From assembly GCA_012295275.1 (NCBI GenBank), contig CM022672.1:35712001-35776000 (forward strand): a stretch of DNA of 64,000 nucleotides, read 5' to 3'. This document shows, piece by piece, positions 52,286 through 64,000 of the stretch (positions are counted from its first letter, which is position 1; every line of letters starts with the position of its first letter). A model generated the notes under the pieces. It was not told where the DNA came from. It saw only the letters and a program-made list of their open reading frames with translations, and did no database searches. The position numbers and the translations under genes are program-made. Origin of the DNA: Chrysomallon squamiferum (taxonomy: Eukaryota; Animalia; Mollusca).

Positions 52286-52863
52286 GTACATTCTTAAACT
52301 GAAAACAAAAAAGAGAAAAATAAAATATCATTTGTAAATATTTAGCATCATCAAAATATAAATATATTTATATATAGGATATTACAGGAACAACAGCCAC
52401 AATAACAATAATTAAGAACAACAACAACAACAACAACAAAATAACTTACACATAATTCACACTGTACAAAATATATTCTTAAGATCCACTCACACAAATG
52501 GAATGTCTCCAAACACACTTTATTTACTTGTAACAGTTTTAATTACACACTTAAGAAGGATTATTTTATGTGTACTGACCTCATAAACTGGCTGCTTACA
52601 AATACAAAAATTCCAAGACCAAAGTATGAAAAGTAGTCAGTAATCCACGATAATGTTATAGACAGATATACAAAGATTTGGCTTTACCCAACTATGCCTT
52701 GAAAATATATTTCAAAGCTCGTGGAAAATAATTCTTTATAAATAAACAACGACTCTATTACTAATAATTGTTATTATTATTATTTTTGGATGCTATGAAA
52801 ACAAAATTGCTAATTAAATCATTTTAAACAGGTATATAGAAATCCTTGCAAATTTGCACTCAC

Positions 52864-52913
52864 CTGTTTCCTTGACTTGCCAATAGGATCCCACACCCAA
52901 GTACAGGTGTGTT
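52864..52913 (-). other. Candidate 50-nt exon (5' UTR or coding)
   Basis: tcttcag| ... CAG|gtgagt (strong sites); GC-richer than its flanks; all three frames open. Confidence 0.45.
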
Positions 52914-53452
52914 CTGAAGAAACAAAGTTATATCAATCATTAGTATCAATAATAACACAGCAAGTAACATCAAAATTTAGACAAGTAGTAAAGGTACTAA
53001 TCTTATCTGTAGTAGGTGAATAGTGTAACAAAATGTTATTATTAGCATATTTATATTTTTGTTCATAATTATTTAATTACTAATATAATTTATACAATAA
53101 AAAGTAAATTTTCTTATATGTGACTTTAATAATTATGAATAAGCTCTTATATAAATATTAGCATAATTATTAAATTGATTAATATCTTTAAAAATATTTA
53201 TACTATCAGTAATAACACTGACATTGATTATTATTATTATTTTGTTTCAGTATAATATAAGTAGTCAAGTGGACAGAATAATCAAAACAACAAATTGCTT
53301 AATTTAAGTAGTAGTAACATTATAAGTAGTAATATTCCAGCTGAATATTCTAATACCAGTACAGATACCCTTTACCATTACATGCAGTGTAAATTACTTT
53401 GTTTTGTTTAAAATATATCACATCCTGTTTTCTTTCTCTCTCTCTCCACACC

Positions 53453-53490
<38 letters not shown>

Positions 53491-54046
53491 CTGATACAGA
53501 CAGATAAGTTTATTATAAATTTATAATCTTAAATCAAAGATTTATCTTCAGACCAATTTCTTTTTGAGTCTTCTATGAAGCACCTATGGAAATAGTTAAA
53601 TGAAGACCCACAATGTTTTTTTTTTTATTGAAGATGTTTTATTGAAATTTTTTACATTCTTCTACAGAAAGGTAGCAATGGATAAAACAAAAATTACATT
53701 CAGGCAACGAATTTATTTATAATATCAAGATGAATAATCTGATTATTATGCAATCATTTTCATCATTTTTAGCTATGTTAGTTTTGAATTTTTTTTATTG
53801 TTATTGTTATTGTTATTATTATTATTATTCTATTCTTACCCCATATTCCAAAATTAATTAGTTTATAGCAGTAATAAAGAAACAAACTTGAATATAAACA
53901 TGAAACAATTATATATATGTATATATGGTGTATGTGGCAAGCATGTCATTTGAGTATAGCAGATATGGAAATATCACAAATAGTTTTGTTGTGTGCAGAG
54001 GGAATTAATATATAAGAATGGGATTATCTACATTTAGTATTATCTA

Positions 54047-54262
54047 CAGCAGAGAGGTAAACACTACAAGAATGAGTTCATAGTGATACACTTATTTGTA
54101 ACTTGAGTTAACTTGAGTAACATGAGTAACATTTGTACCTACATCAGTATTAACAAACCCAGCAGAGAGGTAAACACTACAAGAATGAGTTCATAGTGAT
54201 ACACTTATTTGTAACTTGAGTTAACTTGAGTAACATTTATACCTACATCAGTATTAACAAAT
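54047..54262. repeat. ~112-bp tandem duplication
   Basis: CAGCAGAGAGGTAAACACTACAAGAATGAG...CATCAGTATTAACAAA occurs twice. Confidence 0.88.
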
Positions 54263-57200
54263 GTAGAAATATAGTAATAATGCCAAAAGAAAATATATAA
54301 ATATGCCAATATCATTATTACTGAATATTTCAACATAAATTAATACCAATACTCTTAATAAATATTTTTCTACCGTAATTTTAACTTTAAGCATTTCAGG
54401 CAATTATTTTTCTAGGTTACAGATATAATGTCAACTATCCACATAAACATTCACTGCACATTTTACTATGTAGAAAGTTCTGTTTTCATTTTTCTATTAG
54501 GGATTACAGCAAAAAATTATGATGATTTTATTGTTCCCAATGTATATTTTATGATATAGAAAAAACACTGAAAGATTAATATATTTTTATAAAATTACTT
54601 GAAATCACATGTTCCTATGAATATGAATGGTTATAGCCATTTCACAGATACCTACATCAGTGAAACAGAGAGAGAGAGAGACAGAGAGTAATAATAAAAA
54701 AATAAAGAAGAAATATCTGATAGCCATTTTTAATTCACAAATATCAATATTAATCTAACTAGAAAATTTCATAAGATGGGTTCTATTATTAATACTAGCA
54801 ATTAATTTAATCATATCAGTATTAATACAACTTAAGCATTTCCTATTTTAAGATTTATTATTATTAATGATAGTATATGTACTAATGTCAGCCATAACTT
54901 TACTGAACTTCTTATATTTAACAATATTTTTACTATTAACATCAGTGAGACTACACTACTAATGAAATCTGCCAATATAAATACTAACAAATTTAAATTT
55001 ACTAAACATATAATTATTAACAGAAGTAGTATATCAGTGCAAATCTGATAACATTATAAAGTTACTATTAGTATTAGCAAAAGTATAAATTTACTAAAAA
55101 TATCAGTATCCATTTCCTAATAATATCAATATTAACAAAAATACAAATTTACTAACACTATTAACACGAGTACAAATTTGCTAATAATATTACTTATTAA
55201 GAAAATATTAAAACAGTATTAGTATAAGAATTAACAAAAGCATAAATTTACTACAAATATGATTATTAACACAAGTAATTTTCTAATGTCAGTATTAACT
55301 GTATAAATTTACAAAAAATATCATTATTAACAAAGGTATAAATATGATAATAATATCAGTATTACAAGAAGTTCTATAACACTATATTGATGATATACAT
55401 ACAAACACACTGTATTGTAAATTTAAAAACACATCACACACACACACACACTGTATAGTAAATTCAAAAATATATTACACAAGTGTATTCTAAATTTAAA
55501 AATATATCAACACACATTGTATTGTAAGTTTAAAAATAAATCACACATACACTATAATGTAAATTTAAAAACACACAACACACCTATACAGACTGTATTG
55601 TAAATGTAAAACACATACTATGCTGTATTCTAATCTGATCAGAACTTTCTTATTTTATCTAAACACAAATAAACTATACTGTGATAAAATTTTCAACACA
55701 GCAGTATTATCAGTAAAACAAAATATTCATGTAGATATTGTTTAAATATTAATCTCAGTTCTTTGATAAAGTTTTTATTTCATTTGTCCATAGCAGTACT
55801 GGTATAAGCAAATTTACTGTGTCAAATGTTTATACTAATCAGTACTGTAACAACATATCATTTCTAAAAACCAACATTAAAAAAAAAAATTTAAATTTAT
55901 TATTTTTGCACAAAAATGAATTTTTTCTAAATTTACTCAACAAACAATACATGTGCTATATTATCATCAAAAACCTGATTTAAAGTACTGAAGATTTTGT
56001 TTCTACATATTATTCAGAAAAATACATGTTTTATTGTCTGGATGCTTAGGAATATAAGTACAAGTTATTCTGAAAACAGTGTGTGTGTGTGTGTGTGCGC
56101 GTGCATGTGCATGCATGTATGTATGTATGTATGTATGTATGTATGTATGTATGTATGTATGTATGTATGTATGTATGTACTGCTCAATGTCAAATTCATT
56201 TTGTTCCTGTTATTGTAGAAAGAAAGAAAAAAAGAAAAGAATTATAAACCAACACACAGAGAAACAGAGACACAATGTATTCCAGTATTACATATTTTTA
56301 ACAGTTTTGTTTTCTATAAATAATTTAATAACTGAGTGAGTAATTCTTCATTTGTTTCTGACAACTGAATAGCAGTACTCAATAAACTTATATATAAAAA
56401 AAAATTAACAAAATAATTTTAATAAAACAATTCTATCTAAAAGGAAATTATCAAAACAGTACTGTTAAATGACTGACTTAGTATGATACTGCTCTCAAGA
56501 AAAACATTTTCTTTAATATATTTTTTGTGATGTTTCAGAGAACACCAAACATTCATTTTCAGTGCTGTTTTGAAAGTAAAAGAAAACAACTTATATTTCT
56601 AAGTATCTACAATACATTGTGAAAAGAAATTAACAGTAAAATACACATATTTAAAAACAGAACATAAATAAATTTACTGCCAAAATTAGGTTAAAAACAA
56701 AACAAAAAAAAGAGAACAGAAAGAAACCCATACACATATGCACACACAGACTGAATATATAAAAACACTATATTACTACCAGTCATTAAAAAGAAAGCAC
56801 ACACACACACACACACACACACACTATTTCAATATTTTCTAAACATGCAATACTCACATTATTAACTATCAGTGGGTATTAAATTTATCCATGTTACTAT
56901 GTAAATTGCTTTTCCACACTTGAACTGTTCACAGAGTAGATCTGCACAACACTACTGTCACAGAACTCAACATGCACACAAAAGTAGTAGAAGCATGTCT
57001 GTACAGGCACACATACACCTTCTCTGACTTAAACATACATAAGTAATATATATATCCAAGTCCATAAAATACTATATGTATACGTATGTGTGTATGTGCT
57101 ATATTATTATAAACTGAAACGCAAACCCTGATTTAAACACACACATTCACATGCACACTCACACACTTGAATGTATATGTTGTATAATTATCATAAACCT

Positions 57201-57346
57201 GATTCAAGCTTTAGCTGTTCAGCTTCAGTGAATCTATTAAATTATTCTTTTTAATTTGAATTATCAAAAGAACAAATAATAGTAATATTAAAATAAAATA
57301 AAATATTTTTGTTATCAGTACTTATAAATAGTCTGAAACACCAAAC

Positions 57347-57630
57347 AACTCTTGCTAGTTTTAATTCTTTTCGAAGTAATAAATTCTATTATAAACTCTT
57401 GCTAGTTTTAATTCTTTTCGAAGTAATAAATTCTATTACAAACTCTTGCTAGTTTTAATTCAGTTCGAAGTAATAAATTCTATTACAAACTCTTGCTAGT
57501 TTTAATTCTTTTCGAAGTAATAAATTCTATTACAAACTCTTGCTAGTTTTAATTCAGTTCGAAGTAATAAATTCTATTACAAACTCTTGCTAGTTTTAAT
57601 TCTTTTTTAAGTAATAAATTCTATTACAAA
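57347..57630. repeat. 47-bp minisatellite, x6
   Basis: AACTCTTGCTAGTTTTAATTCTTTTCGAAGTAATAAATTCTATTACA. Confidence 0.93.
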
Positions 57631-59099
57631 TTCTTCTCTATTAATGTGTTCTTGCAGATTTCTTTTTCTTCTTTATACCTTTTATCATTATCACCACTAC
57701 CATTACCAGAATTATTATTATCATTATCCATTATTATCATGACCATCATTATCATCAACATCATCATCATTGTCATTATAATTATCATTATTATTATTCA
57801 GTGCCACAACAGTTATTTCTTGTTTCAGCCATGTTTGAGTTATCAAAATATCAGGAATGTGCTGTCCTGTGTTTGAGAAGGTACGAATAAATAAAATAGT
57901 CCTTTGCTATTATTTTTATTTTTCTATGGTTAATATCAATATGTATGTGTGTGTTTCATACAAGCAGAGTGTGTCATTAAGAAAAACACTTCATACTTCT
58001 CTTAAGAGGTATGCTGGATTATTCTATATATAAATAATTTCTTTTTTTTAAATGCAAACTCCTTTTACTGATAACTTGAACATAAACACTCAAACAGTAT
58101 AGGCAGTTTTCTTTATTCATTTTTAAAAGTAAAAAAAGTATAAAAATAGCAAACTGTCAATTGAGAGTAATTATCAAATTATAAATGCTTACACAACACA
58201 CACAAATAGCCAACATGTTTTTATAGATAGGCTATTACCTGAAAGTACACCCATTATAAATGAATAGTGATTGTTCTCATTTGTGGCAAGTTTTCAATGG
58301 AATTATCAGATAAAAATAAAAACGTGCCACCCAGCCAAATACATGTTATAAAAGAAATATCGGGAATCGGCATAATTGGTGAAGGGATGATACAGAAAAT
58401 ATTCACACTTTGAACAATGTTCAAATTACTTGTTTGTCAAAAATACTTCTATAAATAATTGAATCAAATGCATTAACTATTAACAAGTTTATTTTACTGC
58501 TATTAAATAAAATCAAAGCCTCTGTTTAATTTATTATACAAAATGAAATTCACTAAATAAATGGGGGTGGGGGTGGACATCTTTTACAGTACGTAGCGAA
58601 ACCTTTGATTTTAATTATTAACAATCTCATGTCCATCATCTTCATGGTCAAAGAATGTGATCTATCCCAGGATGCAATATTATGCAACACGCCACACCCA
58701 TTTTGCTTCCCTAGCCCTAATGAAGCAGAGTCTGTTTCAAGTTCTGAAATTTGTTCTGTATAAAACAAAGTTTGGGGAATCTGCCCTTGCACTGTTGTAA
58801 GAATATTATTTATTCTAATGTATTTAAATTTCATTATGAACTTACTTATTTTTATAATTCATTGTTCTTTTTTCACTAGTCCACATTTCAAAGTATTTGG
58901 TGTCAACCTTGAGAATTGTTTGGAATGTGGGTTCATAATAAATGAAAAAAAAAAAAAAAAAAAAAAAAAGAAATAAGAAATGTAATAATAAAGAGAAATT
59001 AAGAAAGAGGTTTTTTTCAAGAACTCATGAAAGAAGAAATATGTTTTAAAATCTGGAATGACATGAACACAAGCAGTTAACCAAATCTTTATCTTCAGA

Positions 59100-59678
59100 A
59101 CACAGCCATGTAACATAATGCTATTCAGATGTGTAACATAATGCTATACAGACGTGTAACATGCTATGCAGACATGTAACATAATGCTACAGATGTGTAA
59201 CAATGCTACAGACATGTAACATAATGCTATACAGACATGTAACAGAATGCTATACAGCCATGTAACATAATGCTATACAGATGTGTAACAGAATGCTATT
59301 CAGACATGTAACAGAATGCTATACAGATGTGTAACAGAATGCTATACAGCCATGTAACATAATGCTATACAGATGTGTAACATAATGCTATTCAGACATG
59401 TAACATAATTTCTATACAGATGTGTAACAGAATGCTATACAGCCATGTAACATAATGCTATACAGACATGTAACAGAATGCTATCAGATGTGTAACATAA
59501 TGCTATACAGACGTGTAACAGAATGCTATAGAATGCATAATACTGACATGTAACAAATGCTATACAGACGTGTAACATAATGCTATACAGATAAATGCTA
59601 TTCAGACATGTAACATAATGCTATACAGACATGTAACAAATTGCTATACAGACGTGTAACATAATGCTATACAGATGT
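59100..59678. repeat. ~23-bp minisatellite (CATGTAACATAATGCTATACAGA)
   Basis: About 25 variant copies. Confidence 0.93.
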
Positions 59679-60921
59679 TACCTCTGTAAGAGTATTTGGT
59701 AATGGAAACTAATGAGAATAAAAATTAAAACTATCATGATTAGAAAAATTTCTTACTGTCAGATTCTAGTCTATTTCAAAAAGTACAAAAAGATTAGAAG
59801 AGTTAATTTTACTCCCTGACTCTACTAATAAATGAACACTGACACAGACTAGGTGTAGAAATCCTGTCTAATTAAAAAATGAAAAAAGGAAGGAATTGTA
59901 CTAACATGCACAAAATAACAATGACACAAACGTCAAGCCAATATTCAACATATCAAAAAACAACAAGCTATAATTACAGTAAACTTATCCTAGCCTACAA
60001 ATTCCCTTGTGAAAATGTAACCCTTCACATTAAATCCTTTGAAAAAAATAAATAAAAATAAAGACATAAAATGTCTTATTTATGTATTTTTAGGTGAACT
60101 GCTTTTACCACCCTAATTTAATTTCACCTTTAAATCGACCAAGAAGATTTGAAATCAAATACAGCTTTAACAAAAATGTCATTATTTGGTGTAAAGGCAA
60201 ACATTGACAAGGACATAAAGCTTGGAAGTCTGTGAAAGGAAGACCAGTTGGCAACTAGCCTGCTTATCAAACTGTTGTGAATTCTTCACTCAGAACAGTA
60301 AATATGTATATATATCAGTGGCAAGACGCCAATATTCACTTCAGATAATGGTACAAGTGATAAAAGCAGTGACTATTCATGGTGTACATTTTCCCCACAA
60401 TGAATGAAAAAAAATCAAGATCTTTCTTTTTTCCTTTTTAATTTTATTTCTAGTTATACAGTTTTCCTATTGATCATTTCTGGTTTAGATATGTGTTATT
60501 TTTCTCATCATTATTTTAGATGTTGTGTGATCTTATATGTGGCAAAGTGGCTTGTCATTAAAAGAAAATATATTTTCAAAACAGAGGGAAAAAAATATAA
60601 GATTTGAAAAAAATAAATAAATAACAATAATAAATATAATAATTATAACAGTAGTAGTAGTAGTAGTAGTAATAATATATTCACACCGACTTAACACAAA
60701 TTATAAAAGATAGGAACCGTTTCAGCCAACTCATTTCAAATATGACTCCTTGATAATATACTATCCTTCTCTCTCTCTCTCTGGATGGGTATGTGTGTAC
60801 TTTCTTAAAAAGAGATTCACTTTAGTTCAGCAGCTAGAATTGTATTCAGTTATAATATCATGTCTGATGCCTGCACTCTCATACTAACTCTGAAATGATT
60901 GGTGTCAAACTGAGTTTCCAT

Positions 60922-61398
60922 GAAGTCAGCCAGTCATAAGATGTTTTGAAGTCAGCCAGTCATAAGATGTTTTCAAGTCGGTCAGTCATAAGATGTTTTG
61001 AAGTCAGCCAGTCATAAGATGTTTTGAAGTCATCAGTCATAAGATATTTTCAAGTCGGTCAGTCATAAGATGTTTTGAAGTCAGTCAGTCATAAGATGTT
61101 TTGAAGTCGGTCAGTCATAAGATGTTTTCAAGTCAGTCAGTCATAAGATGTTTTCAAGTCAGCCAGTCATAAGATGTTTTCAAGTCGGCCAGTCATAAGA
61201 TGTTTTCAAGTCGGTCAGTCATAAGATGTTTTCAAGTCGGCCAGTCATAAGATGTTTTCAAGTCGGCCAGTCATAAGATGTTTTCAAGTCGGTCCAGTCA
61301 TAAGATGTTTTCAAGTCAGCCAGTCATAAGATGTTTTCAAGTCAGCCAGTCATAAGATGTTTTCAAGTCGGTCAGTCATAAGATGTTTTCAAGTCAGC
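60922..61398. repeat. 26-bp minisatellite (AAGTCAGCCAGTCATAAGATGTTTTC)
   Basis: About 18 copies. Confidence 0.95.
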
Positions 61399-64000
61399 TA
61401 CTCCAGGCTGCTTTTAACTGAAGAGCTTTTTCTCTTGAAATTCTGTTTTAAATTTGCCAACTGTTTTCTGAAATCCCAAATACTGGTTTCTTACAACTGC
61501 TGGTTATTGCCACTTTGTTTTAGAATGCAGGTACAGTCAGGCATCCTATCTTGAATTACAGTGCTGAATATTCCAGTTTATGCTGTCAGTTACTTTCATT
61601 GAAAGTTTGGTACATTCCTTTTTTTCCTTTTTTTTTTTTTTTCAGCCATTACGAATTCAGAAAAACAAACATTTTTGACACTAAATCTAAATGTGTGAAT
61701 TCACTTAGCTATCAATACACACTAATAACAATAACATTCATCTAGTAATTACAAGAAATATGGGATTATTGTTTATTAAGCTTTCAAAGAAGTGCAAATG
61801 TTTCATCTTACACAGAAACCTAATTGTGTGTGAACTGCTGTTATTGTTTATGAAGTGACTATATTTGTGTAACAGGCAGACAAAGCTAATTACTTGTTTG
61901 TTCTGGAATCTGAATAAACAGCATCTACATTAGTTTTGTTTGTAATAGATTAATGATAACTGGACAGTATTTTGAAATTGTTTCAGTGTACATAGAAATC
62001 TGAATCAGTCAGATGAGAGTTTGACAGAGTCCAATATATATGTGTGTGTGTGTGTGTGTGTTTATGTATGTATGTATATATTTATATATGTATATATTGT
62101 ACACATGCATGGACACACATACACACACTCACTCAGTGGCTTCAAATGTTAGATTTTTTTCAGGCTTATTGGATACCTTGGATTTATTCAGGAAAGTTAG
62201 GTCACCAAGGAAAACATTTACTTGAAAGTAGAGGCACACAAAAAAAAATTATGTAGGTTTTTTTTTTTTTTTTCAAACTAATGCTGTGCAAGCTAACATG
62301 AATTTACGCAATTATGTAAAATTAAAAGTTTATGGACAAACTAAATAATGCACATGTAAGTATACTGATGTTCCTGAAACTAACCTCATCAAAAGTCTTG
62401 TTTTTTTCCCTTCTTGTACACATTATTCTTCATTTTCCTCACAATGGCACTAAGAGGAGATCCTGAGGGAGGGATGACGGAGGGGTGAGGGAGATATGTT
62501 TTTACTACAAGACAGCATAATAATGTTTACAAAAATGTCCAAAAATAATGCACAAGATGCAGATGTGTACGGCACAGCAATAACACTTTGCAAAACTGGT
62601 GCAAAATCGTAGCAGCATTTCCACAAAATAACTCTGAGTAATGGGACTGATGTCTAGTGTATCAATTTGGATTGTTTCAGAAACTGAACCTGTACTACAG
62701 TTAGTCTACTTTTAGATCATTTCTGATCAACTAAATATTTAAGAAAAATATACTAAATATATGCCCAAATCTACATCAGACACAATGTGACAGATTATGC
62801 TGTTTTATGTAATTATTTTAAATAATATTTACTAGACACTTAAATTACTTAAAATAACAATCACTTTCATCACAGTTTTAAGTATGTGTGTGTGTGTGTG
62901 TGTGTTACTAAGAACGACTAATAAACATTTGATGGTTAATCATAAACATCTGCAAAAAAACAATTCAGCTTAGAAAGAACTCCACAGAGGTGCTGCAGGT
63001 ACTAATTAGTGACAGAAAATGTTTATAATTACTGCACCAAGAGCAATTAAAGGTGCAGGTGTGATTTGTGATTTATTTGACATAAACATAAAAGGGAGTT
63101 TTCTAGATTTTGTACTTGCTAAGATTTGAGGGTGTTTTTAATTTACTGTCAGTTTACATTAATTACATTTGACAGGTAATACAGTTAATAACTGTCTTAC
63201 TGGTGTTAATAAGAAAAAACTATAAATCAGGAAATCGGAAAGAAAGGTTGTATCAGAGAAAGATGCCCAAAGACACAGAGAAACTAGAAAAAAGATCTGT
63301 CTGTAACTTGCAACAAGAAACCGGAGAATAAAAAAATCTTGTTTGAATGGATTTCAGTGCTATAAGTGAACAGGATGAACTCCAGTGTGAGACCACAATA
63401 AAAAAGCATTCAGTGTTTGTAAAATAATAATAACTGAACTGAGTTAGAAATAAATGTGGATCCAGAGAATGCAAAAAAAGGTTTTAAAAAAAATAATACA
63501 ACAAAATTCACCCTCATAACTTTTCTAATGTTACCATGATTTTCTTATAATTAAAAATAAAAATAATAAATGATATGTTATATATTTAATTTAAAAAAAT
63601 ATATCTTAGCTTTATTTCAGTGCTATTTCAATGTTACAGGATGCTAAGGACACTTACCAAGTGTTAATAAAACCTGCATCATGTTTGTGTCCTTCCATAA
63701 TCAAGTTTTAAAAACGCTTTGATTACTTTTATGTAGAACTGTAATGACAAATAGTTTGTTAAACAGGAGTAATTTCATGTAAACAAGTTAACAGTTAACA
63801 TCGTTGCTTGATCTAGTGCACTACCTAAGATTATAATTTATTTTTCAATTTAACAAATATATTCACTGCAACGTGTAGAAAACACATAGACAATACTGCA
63901 TACTTCCAAATTATTTTTGGTTTAATTTGATGTTTTTATTATTTATTTAACATATACTTACACACACACACACACACACAATTTTTATCATGTATTTTAT

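Noticed and set aside
58553-58834. 93-aa minus-strand ORF as a separate gene
   Set aside because: No recognisable motif; kept only as a weak exon candidate

Overview
Eukaryotic, AT-rich, repeat-dense animal genomic DNA. The style is invertebrate and mollusc-like, but that is only an impression. One large multi-exon gene on the minus strand spans about 5.3-51 kb: a CEP350 (centrosome-associated protein 350) orthologue. It is recognisable from its CAP-Gly domain, its C-terminal 'LVQELRDEEANWVNYDEDE' region and several coiled-coil blocks that match CEP350 as I recall it. By hand I chained about 38 exons through splice sites and reading phase, giving roughly 2,750 aa. Two junctions are problematic: an exon interleaved with satellite sequence at 26.6-26.9 kb and a likely indel near 36.37 kb. 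The 5' end is uncertain. The introns hold many minisatellites, a 1.9-kb Sola2-like DNA transposon derivative (long TIRs, TTAT TSD) and two ~205-bp mariner/Tc1 relics. The most unusual signals are (i) five independent tandem duplications that each copy a real splice site plus 15-27 nt of exon, and (ii) an inverted ~205-bp copy of a 31-nt micro-exon and its flanks, 9.5 kb away in the same transcript. Most long ORFs in the supplied track are repeat artefacts. No searches were run; protein similarities are from memory.
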